This document shows, in pieces, positions 1 through 8,767 of a stretch of DNA of 64,000 nt. This DNA comes from Escherichia phage RB14. The notes beneath the pieces are model-generated. The model had not been told where the DNA came from. It saw nothing but the letters and a program-made list of their open reading frames with translations, and made no database searches. A program made the position numbers and the translations under genes. Location: sequence record NC_012638.1. The stretch is one strand, 5' to 3'. Positions within the stretch are counted from its first letter, which is position 1. Each line of letters opens with the position of its first letter.

Positions 1-362
1 AATATTGCTGCTGTAAAAATATTAACAAGTATGGTTAAAAGAATCCAATCTCCTATTCTGTCCATTGGATTTTTTATAAAAAAATAAAATACAAATGATG
101 TCACAGGAAGACTAATAATATACCACAGAATTATAATTTTATCTGTGAACCAATCAGCGTTCGTTAACTTAGCGCGACCATTATGAATACACACGAATTT
201 ATCATCTGTTATAATAGATGGCTTAGCTGCTTGATATCCCATTCTAAACTCCCTAATCAACAAATTTTTCATATCTTCGGAACAACCATTCCAGTCAACT
301 CTATCAACTGAAATGCCATCATCCCCATCATCTAAATCATACCAGCGAGTTTTTAAAATCAT
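1..362 (-). CDS. hypothetical membrane protein, 3' end beyond window start
   Basis: Open frame from ATG at 362 to window edge with no stop; ATGA overlap with stop of upstream gene; hydrophobic C-terminal segments; not in ORF track because no stop in window. Confidence 0.45.
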   Translation of the reverse strand, partial: MILKTRWYDLDDGDDGISVDRVDWNGCSEDMKNLLIREFRMGYQAAKPSIITDDKFVCIHNGRAKLTNADWFTDKIIILWYIISLPVTSFVFYFFIKNPMDRIGDWILLTILVNIFTAAI

Positions 363-721
363 TTAATTTTCCTACAATCACTCACAAACTCTTTCACTGA
401 TTCATTTTCAATATAAGACATGTAGTTGTTATATTCTTTTAATTGTATTTTGTAATCCTTTTTTCTTTGCCAATTTATTTTAAAATTATCATAATGAAAA
501 TATAATATAATACCAAAAAATGAAAACAATGAAATAATTTTGGTATAGTGAAGTTCACTCCAAACTTCTATTATATTTACTGTGCCGTCAATGTTTAAAA
601 TAAGACAGTCAATTAACAATCCAAAAAGACTACCCGCAAGAGCTGCAGCCAACGCCACAGCAAAAATTAAAAATGACTCAGGAAACGAATATTTGACTTT
701 ATTTAGTTTTGGCTTTTGCAT
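359..721 (-). CDS. hypothetical small membrane protein (two predicted TM helices)
   Basis: 120 aa ORF, ATG with AAGGAA RBS; hydrophobic segments; similar architecture to adjacent 703..1095 product. Confidence 0.6.
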   Translation of the reverse strand: MQKPKLNKVKYSFPESFLIFAVALAAALAGSLFGLLIDCLILNIDGTVNIIEVWSELHYTKIISLFSFFGIILYFHYDNFKINWQRKKDYKIQLKEYNNYMSYIENESVKEFVSDCRKIK

Positions 722-1095
722 CGTGATTCCTTAACAAATTTCATAATTTCATCAAATTCATACGCAGCAAGTTTAAGCTGGTGTTCCTTTTTAATCTTTT
801 TACACTGTGCTTTCCAATCACGTACGCGTTTACGATAATGTCTTCCTTGATACCAGTATCCTACCCAATTTACAGGTACTAATAAAAATGGAACTATCAT
901 TGGAAGAATTAGTGTTGACGCAAATATTATATTAGATTCAATATTAGTCATAACATCTATAATTATTCCAACCCCCAGTAGAATTACAAATGATACAGCT
1001 ATTACAGGACCTATTAATACATCAGTAGGAATTAGCTGGCGCTTTAATTCATACTTTAAGGGTTTACTTGGAAGATACATTGATGGCTTTGACAT
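703..1095 (-). CDS. hypothetical small membrane protein (two predicted TM helices)
   Basis: 130 aa ORF, ATG preceded by GAAGGA; hydrophobic core; C-terminal KFVKE-type motif shared with neighbours. Confidence 0.6.
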   Translation of the reverse strand: MSKPSMYLPSKPLKYELKRQLIPTDVLIGPVIAVSFVILLGVGIIIDVMTNIESNIIFASTLILPMIVPFLLVPVNWVGYWYQGRHYRKRVRDWKAQCKKIKKEHQLKLAAYEFDEIMKFVKESRCKSQN

Positions 1096-1672
1096 ATTCT
1101 CTGCATTCCTTCACAAATTTTTCTAGTAATAAATCGCTTTCAAAATTGGGATTTTCTACGAATTTATCAAAAAGATCATCAACAATAGTTAAGATATTCT
1201 TTTTACTAAGAATACGTTTATTTTCATGCTTCGTTTCAGAATCAACTATAAGAGTAAAGAAATATTTCTTGCCCTGAAATTTTACCGTAGTATCAATATA
1301 AAATAAATTTGACTTTTGTAAGTTACGTTTAAACCATGCGTCACTTAAACTATAAACACCGAGATAATCAAAATCGTCGTTTAAATAACAAACTGACCAT
1401 TCAGGAGAAATGAAATCAGTAAATTCAACATCAAAATCACATGTCAATGAATGAATTGATTCAATACTGTTAATAAGTATTCCAGGACGTATTAAAGACT
1501 TTTTACCTCTGGAAAATCTTCCAGAAAGACTTTCATCAGTTTCATATGAAGAACCCCAATAATAATTACGTCCTTCTGCCATACGTTTAAGAGCATTTAG
1601 TAATTGGTCTGGAACATCAACCTGTCTTTGGAACTCTTCAAACATTGAATTGAAATCACTTTGCATTTTCAT
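1064..1672 (-). CDS. hypothetical protein
   Basis: 202 aa ORF with ATG and GGAG RBS; gene packing consistent with minus-strand early operon. Confidence 0.65.
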   Translation of the reverse strand: MKMQSDFNSMFEEFQRQVDVPDQLLNALKRMAEGRNYYWGSSYETDESLSGRFSRGKKSLIRPGILINSIESIHSLTCDFDVEFTDFISPEWSVCYLNDDFDYLGVYSLSDAWFKRNLQKSNLFYIDTTVKFQGKKYFFTLIVDSETKHENKRILSKKNILTIVDDLFDKFVENPNFESDLLLEKFVKECREYVKAINVSSK

Positions 1673-1693
1673 TCCTATTTACTCCAAGTAATA

Positions 1694-1707
1694 GGGGCCG
1701 AAGCCCC
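1694..1707 (-). other. intergenic stem-loop GGGGCCGAAGCCCC
   Basis: Perfect 5-bp stem with CGAA loop between two minus-strand genes; no U-tract on minus strand, so more likely RNA structure than terminator. Confidence 0.4.
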
Positions 1708-1713
1708 TTATCA

Positions 1714-2307
1714 TTATTTCAGAGAATTAATGTATTCCTGAACATCAGCAGAAGTAGTTTCAACCCCAGAAATATTACCGTTAAAGGTTTCAACTCGAGC
1801 AAGAGTATCTTCAATATCAACCTTAGTCAGCGCTGCAATTTCAACTACATCATCGGCAGTACTAATTCCAAGGGCATTTGCTGCACGAGTTTCACGGATA
1901 TATTCCAATTTAACTGCAAGTTCTTGGCGAGCATCATCTAACTCAACTACTTTCTTGGCGATTTCAATTCGCATTTCAGCATAACCATCAGCTTTAGTAG
2001 TCAGTTGTTCAGCTGTTCGACGATATAGCAAACCGAGTTTAGCATGCATTGTTACATCTTGACCTTCGGAAAGAAGCTTGCGAATTTCACGCTCTTTTGA
2101 TTCAGCCTGTTTATTCTTTTCAACAATAAGTTCACGAATACGTTTTTCTTCATTAATAGATTTAACAGAAGCAGTTTTTAGGTCTTTAATTTTATCAAGT
2201 AGTTTTGCTGCTGCGGCAGTATACTGTTCTTCAACAGATAGATTTTTAGCCATAGCAGAACCAAGTTTAGTGCGAATAAACTCAACAATTTTCTTCAGTG
2301 TGTTCAT
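1714..2307 (-). CDS. hypothetical coiled-coil protein
   Basis: 197 aa ORF, ATG with AAGGAAATA RBS; sequence rich in heptad-like charged/Leu/Ile pattern. Confidence 0.7.
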
Positions 2308-2350
2308 AGTATTTCCTTAGGTTAATTAAGATTTAAAATCCATGAGAGTA

Positions 2351-2527
2351 TTATACTCCGGATAGTTTGTAAACTATTTCAACATCGCCTTTTGCTGCTT
2401 TATAACCTTCAGCCCAAGATACAACCGAGTTTTTATCTGAAGATTCAAATTCTGGCATTGGGCTTTCGCCAATGTTCACGCAGTATGTTTCTTCATTTTC
2501 GTCGAACCAAATAATTAAAGTAGTCAT
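2351..2527 (-). CDS. hypothetical small protein (58 aa)
   Basis: ATG at 2527 preceded by GGAGAAATA; uninterrupted frame to TAA at 2351; below ORF-track length cutoff. Confidence 0.4.
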   Translation of the reverse strand: MTTLIIWFDENEETYCVNIGESPMPEFESSDKNSVVSWAEGYKAAKGDVEIVYKLSGV

Positions 2528-2595
2528 TTATTTCTCCGTTTCTGTATTTGTTTTGATAAGTCTATAATAACACCGTCCTTGGTGTTTGTACACAA

Positions 2596-2859
2596 TTATT
2601 TCATATTATTGAAATATTCTTCTGCGATTTCGTCGTTATCATGGTAAACTTTAGAAGACAGTTTAACATAACCTTCAGCAGTGAACATATTAATCACAAC
2701 CTTTACAGTATACCACTGACCATCTTCATTACCCATTACTGCATAGGTTTCAAACATCGGATGGTCAGGACCAATAACTTTAATATCATTCACTGTACGA
2801 CCAAAATCTTCTGAAACACATTTCATAAAGAAGTTGAACAGTTCACCGTAATTATCCAT
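2596..2859 (-). CDS. hypothetical protein
   Basis: ORF-track frame begins on TTG at 2871; first ATG at 2859 sits in the conserved leader TTGGAGAATAAA-ATG. Confidence 0.6.
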   Translation of the reverse strand: MDNYGELFNFFMKCVSEDFGRTVNDIKVIGPDHPMFETYAVMGNEDGQWYTVKVVINMFTAEGYVKLSSKVYHDNDEIAEEYFNNMK

Positions 2860-2899
2860 TTTATTCTCCAAGTTGTTTTCTGTATCAGTAGTTGATAGT

Positions 2900-2935
2900 T
2901 GTATAATACCATAGAAGAACAGGGATGTAAACAGT
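2900..2935 (-). promoter_or_regulatory. T-even early-type promoter (GTTTAC -35, TATTAT -10)
   Basis: Minus strand GTTTAC (2927..2932), 18-nt spacer, TATTAT (2903..2908), about 44 nt upstream of ATG at 2859. Confidence 0.5.
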
Positions 2936-3062
2936 TTTGTGAAAAAATTTTTAAAAAGTTTTAGGGAATTCTAGGGCGGGGAAGGGCAATTAAAAGATAG
3001 GATAATATATTATAAAGGGTATAAACTAAATGATGCCTAGAGAGGTCTGGAAAGGCCTAGAT

Positions 3063-3090
3063 ACCAAAAAGCCCTATCATTTAGATAGGG
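3063..3090 (-). terminator. rho-independent terminator
   Basis: Minus-strand hairpin CCCTATC-TAAAT-GATAGGG followed by CTTTTTGG immediately after stop of 3099..3662 gene. Confidence 0.6.
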
Positions 3091-3098
3091 ATTTAAAA

Positions 3099-3662
3099 TT
3101 ATTTACCTAGTTTAGTTATTATAGCTTCGGCAGCAGCTTTTAGCTTAGATGCAGTGTTAATACGATTTTTAATTTCAGTATAAGCATCGCCAAGAACATC
3201 AAGGCTATCAGAATAAACACTTACACTATTGCGTTCGCTATTTGAAATAGAACCTTTAGTTTTACGATCAAAATCGGTATACACGTCTTGAAGATCGCGG
3301 GCTGCCTTCTTTGCATCATCCAATGCATCAAGAGCTTTATTCAAAGCATTAACATATTTTTTAGTGTCGAACATATTCTTAGAAATTTTGACAGGTGCGC
3401 GTTCAGGAGTAGCTAAGGCAGATTTAGGAACTTGAGCGCCAGATGCTAGTTTCTTAGAAATTTTGAAAAATGCTTTATTGAAATTATTTTCTTGACTCAT
3501 CGTAAAAGAACTATTATCGATGTTATACATTTCAATAGCTTTAGCTTTCCACTTAAGAAAATCGCCACGGTCTTTTGGGTCCAAGTGGAAGAATACTTTA
3601 GTAAGATCTGCTTCAGATGGTAATTTTGCTGCTTCGGTTAAAAATTCGGCATAAGTTTTCAT
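3099..3662 (-). CDS. internal head protein, IPIII-like, with N-terminal capsid-targeting sequence
   Basis: 187 aa; begins MKTYAEFLTE then AAK, matching T-even capsid-targeting leader ending in L-x-E prohead-protease site; basic Lys-rich body; AAGGA RBS. Confidence 0.65.
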   Translation of the reverse strand: MKTYAEFLTEAAKLPSEADLTKVFFHLDPKDRGDFLKWKAKAIEMYNIDNSSFTMSQENNFNKAFFKISKKLASGAQVPKSALATPERAPVKISKNMFDTKKYVNALNKALDALDDAKKAARDLQDVYTDFDRKTKGSISNSERNSVSVYSDSLDVLGDAYTEIKNRINTASKLKAAAEAIITKLGK

Positions 3663-3745
3663 TTAAAATCCTTGAAATAATTTATTGGTTATTAATTATT
3701 TATCACGTTGTTATCATCCATGTTAGCATTCTCTGAGTGATTCAA

Positions 3746-3776
3746 ACTAAAAAGCCCCAACCTTTCGGTCGGGGCT
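3746..3776 (-). terminator. rho-independent terminator at distal end of tRNA/stable-RNA transcription unit
   Basis: Minus-strand hairpin AGCCCCGACC-GAAA-GGTTGGGGCT followed by TTTTT; hairpin is better paired on minus strand (G-U instead of A-C). Confidence 0.7.
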
Positions 3777-3777
3777 A

Positions 3778-4092
3778 AGCCTTGCGGCAACCTTGTCGGG
3801 GTTCCACCTGCTAAGGCAAGTGTTTGTACGAAACGCCGGGATTCGAACCCGGTTATTAAGCAGTTGACGCTACTCAATATTTTTAAAAGGCCATATCTCG
3901 ACCATATCCGAACGTTCCGTCAAAAACGCTACTCGGCTTATGGCAAAGATATTTCCTCGAATCGATAATTCGGTGCGCCGTTTCTGCTGTGATATAAGGG
4001 GGCATTAACAAAACATAAAGATTTATTAATGCCAGTCCTTAAACAGGGAACATCAGTCCGACGACTTGCCGGTAGCGACCCGGCTTCTTGTC
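3778..4092 (-). ncRNA. structured non-coding region, candidate small stable RNA(s) or tRNA remnant
   Basis: No credible ORF; lies between tRNA-Arg and terminator; contains isolated tRNA T-arm-like element CCGGGTTCGAATCCCGG (plus 3836..3852) without matching acceptor stem, and 8-bp hairpin GGCATTAA/TTAATGCC (4001..4033). Confidence 0.3.
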
Positions 4093-4168
4093 TGGTCGAG
4101 GCAGTAGGGATCGAACCTACGACCCAGGACTTAGAAGGTCCTTGCTCTTCCTTCTGAGCTATGCCTCG
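4093..4168 (-). tRNA. tRNA-Arg (anticodon TCT)
   Basis: Manual cloverleaf: acceptor CGAGGCA/TGCCTCG, anticodon loop CTTCTAA, T-arm GTAGG-TTCGATC-CCTAC, encoded CCA. Confidence 0.8.
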
Positions 4169-4172
4169 TATT

Positions 4173-4247
4173 TGGCGGACGTGATAGGATTCGAACCTAT
4201 AACCAATCGCTTAACAGGCGATCGCTCTGCCATTGAGCTACACATCC
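4173..4247 (-). tRNA. tRNA-Asn (anticodon GTT)
   Basis: Acceptor GGATGTG/CACGTCC, anticodon loop CTGTTAA, T-arm ATAGG-TTCGAAT-CCTAT, encoded CCA. Confidence 0.75.
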
Positions 4248-4251
4248 AAAT

Positions 4252-4338
4252 TGGTGGGGAGTGATGGAGTCGAACCACCCGAGTCGCAATGACAATGAAT
4301 TTACAGTCCACACCGCTACCTCTACGGGATAACTCCCC
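4252..4338 (-). tRNA. tRNA-Tyr (anticodon GTA), long variable arm
   Basis: 87 nt; acceptor GGGGAGT/ACTCCCC perfect, anticodon loop CTGTAAA, T-arm GGTGG-TTCGACT-CCATC, encoded CCA; isotype call from loop reading. Confidence 0.65.
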
Positions 4339-4347
4339 TAATTAATT

Positions 4348-4422
4348 TGGTGGCCCTGGGTGGAATTGAACCACCATCTGGCGATTATGAGTCGCTTGCT
4401 TGAACCTTCCAGCTACAGGGCC
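4348..4422 (-). tRNA. tRNA with CAT anticodon (Met, or Ile if C34 is modified as in T4 tRNA-Ile)
   Basis: Acceptor GGCCCTG/CAGGGCC, anticodon loop CTCATAA, T-arm GGTGG-TTCAATT-CCACC, encoded CCA. Confidence 0.7.
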
Positions 4423-4423
4423 T

Positions 4424-4499
4424 TGGTGCTGATTGACGGAATCGAACCGCCGACCTTCTCATTACAAGTGAGTTGCTCTACCTACTGAGCTAAATCAGC
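4424..4499 (-). tRNA. tRNA-Thr (anticodon TGT)
   Basis: Acceptor GCTGATT/AATCAGC, anticodon loop CTTGTAA, T-arm GGCGG-TTCGATT-CCGTC, encoded CCA. Confidence 0.8.
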
Positions 4500-4504
4500 A
4501 AAAC

Positions 4505-4594
4505 TGGCGGAGGCGATAGGATTTGAACCTATGAGTCGCCGGAGCGACTGCCGGTTTTCAAGACCGGTGCATTAAACCACTCTGCCACGCCTCC
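4505..4594 (-). tRNA. tRNA-Ser (anticodon TGA), long variable arm
   Basis: 90 nt; acceptor GGAGGCG/CGCCTCC, anticodon stem CCGGT/ACCGG with loop CTTGAAA, encoded CCA. Confidence 0.8.
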
Positions 4595-4596
4595 AG

Positions 4597-4670
4597 TCTC
4601 CATACAAGGATTTGAACCTTGGACCTCCTGATCCCAAATCAGGCGCTCTACCAAACTGAGCTACACGGAG
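4597..4670 (-). tRNA. tRNA-Pro (anticodon TGG), CCA not encoded
   Basis: Acceptor CTCCGTG/TATGGAG with two G-U pairs, anticodon stem CCTGA/TCAGG with loop TTTGGGA; 2 nt from tRNA-Ser 5' end (dimeric precursor arrangement). Confidence 0.75.
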
Positions 4671-4680
4671 TAAATTAAAT

Positions 4681-4754
<74 letters not shown>

Positions 4755-4759
4755 AAATT

Positions 4760-4846
4760 TGGTGCGAGAAGTGGGACTCGAACCCACAAGGAAATCATTC
4801 CGCAGCATTTTAAGTGCTGTGCCTTTACCAATTTGACCATTCTCGC
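4760..4846 (-). tRNA. tRNA-Leu (anticodon TAA), long variable arm
   Basis: 87 nt; acceptor GCGAGAA/TTCTCGC, anticodon stem CAGCA/TGCTG with loop CTTAAAA, encoded CCA. Confidence 0.8.
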
Positions 4847-4847
4847 G

Positions 4848-4920
4848 CTGGGAATAAAGGACTCGAACCTTTGCATCCTGGAATCAAAATCCAGTGCCTT
4901 ACCAACTTGGCTAATTCCCA
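4848..4920 (-). tRNA. tRNA-Gln (anticodon TTG), CCA not encoded
   Basis: Acceptor TGGGAAT/ATTCCCA, anticodon stem CTGGA/TCCAG with loop TTTTGAT; abuts tRNA-Leu with 1-nt spacer. Confidence 0.8.
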
Positions 4921-5017
4921 ATTATTAACAAAGGCTCTCTAACAAGAACCCTTGATGATAGAGGGTATTAATCAGTGCGGTATGAGTTAATAATAACAAA
5001 TAATTCTTAAAGCATAT

Positions 5018-5305
5018 TTACCATTTATGATAATACGTATTTACGATACATTCAAGACCCAAAGGATTCTTGAAAATATCATATTCAAGAGGACCTTTTT
5101 CTGTTTCAATAAAGAAATCAAAATTTACTATATTAAATTTACGGTCTTCCTTCACTAATTTAACCTGAGAAGATGAACGGTCAATGTAAACCTTTTCAAC
5201 TTCAAAACATGTTAAAATGCCATAATCATCAATCAAGGCTTTAGCTGCTTCTTGATCATATTTATATCCATTTTCAATGGATGATACTTTAGCATAAAGA
5301 ATCAT
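5018..5305 (-). CDS. hypothetical protein
   Basis: 95 aa ORF with ATG; stop/start tightly packed with 5308..5718. Confidence 0.6.
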   Translation of the reverse strand: MILYAKVSSIENGYKYDQEAAKALIDDYGILTCFEVEKVYIDRSSSQVKLVKEDRKFNIVNFDFFIETEKGPLEYDIFKNPLGLECIVNTYYHKW

Positions 5306-5307
5306 TA

Positions 5308-5718
5308 TCAGCCTCTATCAACGATAGTATGAGTATGGGCATTTACGATTTGCCACCAATCAAAGCGATTGGAACCATAATCCGGTTTATTTTCATTTTC
5401 TTTAATGATATCACGTAGTTTATCTTCTGTTTCAGCATACGCAATTAAATCATCATATCCACCACAAGGATAATAATTATCACCTGCAAATAAAAGAAAA
5501 TTTACCTTAGATGGATTTACGTAATAATGATCTTTAGGATATTTAGTTCCTCTCCAATCAGTTACTTCAACATAACGGTAAGAAAATCCATTTTTACTTT
5601 CAATCCAACTCCACGCTTCAAAAGGAGTATTAAAAACTTTATCAGGTATTAAATTACCTTCAAAATGAGAAGGATTTGCATAATCCCCAGCATAAACATA
5701 ATATTCGTTAATACTCAT
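5308..5718 (-). CDS. hypothetical protein
   Basis: 136 aa ORF, ATG with AAAGGTG RBS; abuts upstream gene stop. Confidence 0.65.
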   Translation of the reverse strand: MSINEYYVYAGDYANPSHFEGNLIPDKVFNTPFEAWSWIESKNGFSYRYVEVTDWRGTKYPKDHYYVNPSKVNFLLFAGDNYYPCGGYDDLIAYAETEDKLRDIIKENENKPDYGSNRFDWWQIVNAHTHTIVDRG

Positions 5719-5904
5719 TTATTCACCTTTAGAAATTTTATCCATAACAATAGCGATTAAACCAATTAAAAATGCTACTACAAGTGAAAACACATTTTCT
5801 GCTGTAGTCAATAATCCGCATATAAATCCAACAAACATTGAAAAACTAAAAGCAGAAGCAGAAATTGCAATAGCAACATTTCGAATTAATTCACAGCGTT
5901 TCAT
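5719..5904 (-). CDS. hypothetical small membrane protein (61 aa)
   Basis: ORF-track frame starts on TTG inside promoter; first ATG at 5904 has GAGGAGAATAAA leader; product almost entirely hydrophobic. Confidence 0.5.
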   Translation of the reverse strand: MKRCELIRNVAIAISASAFSFSMFVGFICGLLTTAENVFSLVVAFLIGLIAIVMDKISKGE

Positions 5905-5929
5905 TTTATTCTCCTCGGTAGTTGATAGG

Positions 5930-5965
5930 GTAATAGTATCACTACTAAAACCCCATGTAAACAAC
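5930..5965 (-). promoter_or_regulatory. T-even early-type promoter copy (GTTTAC box)
   Basis: Minus-strand TTCACAAAGTTGTTTACATGGGGTTTTAG (GTTTAC at plus 5957..5962), same motif as upstream of both ip genes. Confidence 0.45.
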
Positions 5966-5980
5966 TTTGTGAATTATTTA

Positions 5981-6268
5981 TTACAAAAGATTTTTAGCAA
6001 TAATCTTGAGATGTGCCGCAGAAATGTGTTTAGCTTTAAACAACGCAGTTTCTTCAGCAGGAGAGATAACGATTGTAGCACCATCCTTTTTAGCAGACCA
6101 CCCATCACCTAGGTAAACAGTACCTTTGATTTCTTCACCATCAACCAGACTAATCATCGGTTTACCTTCTCGTCCTTTATTTGCTTTAATAACTTCAGAA
6201 GTAAGAGTAGCTTCAGTAATAGTAGAAACCGGGGTAGTCGTAGAAGTAAATTCTTTGAAAGTTTTCAT
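5981..6268 (-). CDS. ipI: internal protein I-like injected protein with capsid-targeting sequence
   Basis: 95 aa; begins MKTFKEF with I-T-E protease-site motif at residues 17-19, giving a 76-aa mature product, the size recalled for T4 IPI*; located between 57B and tRNA cluster as ipI is in T4. Confidence 0.65.
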   Translation of the reverse strand: MKTFKEFTSTTTPVSTITEATLTSEVIKANKGREGKPMISLVDGEEIKGTVYLGDGWSAKKDGATIVISPAEETALFKAKHISAAHLKIIAKNLL

Positions 6269-6295
6269 TTTATTTTCCTAATTAATTTTGATGAG

Positions 6296-6330
6296 ATAAT
6301 AGTATCATAACTAAAACCCCATGTAAACAA
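6296..6330 (-). promoter_or_regulatory. T-even early-type promoter for ipI-like gene
   Basis: Minus-strand GTTTAC (6323..6328), 18-nt spacer, TACTAT (6299..6304), about 35 nt upstream of ATG. Confidence 0.5.
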
Positions 6331-6340
6331 CTTTGTGAAA

Positions 6341-6598
6341 TTATTTTAAATCTTCTAATCGTTTCTTCATCTTAGAACCGTTCTTAGCGATTTCGCCTGC
6401 GTCAGAGCATAATGCTAAAAGCGCTTTAACTTTAGTTTGGTCTCCTTTAAAAGATGAAGGATCGACTGCAGCAGCAAGTTCTTTAATACGAGAGAAAAGA
6501 CGCTCAGCTTCAGCTAAAGCCATTCCAAGCTTTACTTCCATACCGTGGGAAGATTCAGTGATAGTAGTTTTTGTAGCAAACTCTTTGAAAGTTTTCAT
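6341..6598 (-). CDS. second internal-protein-like gene with capsid-targeting sequence
   Basis: 85 aa; begins MKTFKEFATKTTITE (same leader and I-T-E site); upstream 95 bp incl. promoter, RBS and first 7 codons is a near-copy of the ipI-like gene leader; mature part unrelated. Confidence 0.6.
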   Translation of the reverse strand: MKTFKEFATKTTITESSHGMEVKLGMALAEAERLFSRIKELAAAVDPSSFKGDQTKVKALLALCSDAGEIAKNGSKMKKRLEDLK

Positions 6599-6625
6599 TT
6601 TATTTTCCTAATTAATTTTGATGAG

Positions 6626-6660
6626 GTAATAGTATCACTACCTCATCAGCATGTAAACAA
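6626..6660 (-). promoter_or_regulatory. T-even early-type promoter, duplicated copy
   Basis: GTTTAC at plus 6653..6658; region 6575..6670 repeats 6245..6340 at 330-bp offset. Confidence 0.5.
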
Positions 6661-6670
6661 CTTTGTGAAA

Positions 6671-7355
<685 letters not shown>

Positions 7356-7356
<1 letters not shown>

Positions 7357-8081
7357 TATAGTACCTTTAGTGTATTTTTAATTTTAGAAAAAAGTTCTTC
7401 AAGAGAACCATCGTTTGTAATTACTAAATCGCCATCACGAATTGGCAATCCAGCTTCTGTAATATGTGTATCATTGGATTTTTGACCAGGACGAACTACA
7501 TGAATTACTGTAGCACCCATCGCCCTAGCCGCATCCATTTCATGATCTTGACGGGTATCAGGAACGATATAATAATCATAACCTGAGTTAAATTTATCAA
7601 GATAATCTAAAGCAAATAATTTTACCCAGTACATGCGGTCGAAGTTATTAACAATCAAATCCGTACCTAGGGCTTGCATCAGACGACGGACTGACCATTG
7701 ATCTTCAATATTATTTATAACGTCAATAATCTTGTTAAATGCTACAGAATTAACTGATTCTTGTCCTTCGTCATCAAAAACAAACACACCCTTAATTGGG
7801 CTTTTACCATTAAGATAGCAAAATGCTTGTTCCATAATCGTGATTACTTCTAATTTAGTCAGATTTAAATTAGTCTCACGATCATAGTCAATTCCTTCAA
7901 ACTCTTTACGAGTTAAGCAAGGATAGTCAGTGTTTGCTGCAAATACTCCCCATGCATAAGCTAATGCATCTTTAATAGGACCAGCAAGTTGATATTTAAC
8001 TGCAGAATAATTATTCATGATAAAATCTGCAGTAGTATCTTTTCCACTACGCTTTACACCGCTTAAAAAGATTAGTTTCAT
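7356..8081 (-). CDS. 1: deoxynucleoside monophosphate kinase (gene 1)
   Basis: 241 aa from ATG at 8081 (GAGGAG RBS); P-loop LSGVKRSGKDT; size and position as T4 gp1. Confidence 0.85.
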
Positions 8082-8130
8082 GTGTTTCTCCTCAAATTTA
8101 ATTAAGATTATAACACACAAAACTGAAGCA

Positions 8131-8661
8131 TTAAACTTCTGCTATAATTTTACCATCTTTTTCTACTTGAAAATAGGTGTAAGGAATCGTTGCAGTACAT
8201 ACTAAAGCCGGGTCTGAATCTTCTGTGTAGCTAAATTCTACTTCAGATAGGTCAGAAACCCAAGGCTTATAAAAATTTATTGACATCACGATTTCAGTTT
8301 TACTATTATCTAAAATGTAAAGCGTAATGTATTCAGGGCCTGTTTTTTGGGCAGTATTTTCACCTGTAAGATAGTTACTAGTTCCTAACATCCATTCATA
8401 CATTCCTATCCACGACTTAAGTTCTTCATCAACTATAAATCTCACAATGAGTGGATCATACTCAAATGTAACACCTGGACGTTGTGCTCGACCCAGGCCA
8501 AATGGCCCAGTCACGGTATCAGTAACAGGTATTCTAATTCCTGGAATAGGAACTGACTGAGCATTTAAAGTAAAAGCAGATGTAGTATTACTATGTGGTA
8601 TTGATACTACAAAGTTAGTTGTATTTGCTTGGTTAAAAATTTGTTGCAGAGCTTGCGACAT
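8131..8661 (-). CDS. 3: tail completion and sheath stabilizer gp3
   Basis: 176 aa from ATG at 8661 (GAGG RBS); ORF-track frame extends upstream to non-ATG start; position between genes 1 and 2. Confidence 0.8.
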   Translation of the reverse strand: MSQALQQIFNQANTTNFVVSIPHSNTTSAFTLNAQSVPIPGIRIPVTDTVTGPFGLGRAQRPGVTFEYDPLIVRFIVDEELKSWIGMYEWMLGTSNYLTGENTAQKTGPEYITLYILDNSKTEIVMSINFYKPWVSDLSEVEFSYTEDSDPALVCTATIPYTYFQVEKDGKIIAEV

Positions 8662-8767
8662 ATATTCCTCATAATGCTTTATAACTGTTGGTGGTATAAT
8701 GGGTCTAAGTCCCTTCCATTCAATTCCATTTAGAACAAACAACAGAAAAGAATGGAAGATAATAGAA

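Noticed and set aside
1068-2320. Plus-strand ORFs 1068..1277 and 2078..2320
   Set aside because: Antisense to better-supported minus-strand genes and lacking ribosome binding sites.
3692-3877. 61-aa minus-strand ORF
   Set aside because: Spans the terminator hairpin and the tRNA-like T-arm; no RBS; treated as non-coding.
6245-6670. Repeat-spacer pattern near the ip genes as a possible CRISPR array
   Set aside because: Only two to three copies, about 95 bp long and 330 bp apart, containing promoter, RBS and start codon; this is a duplicated expression cassette.
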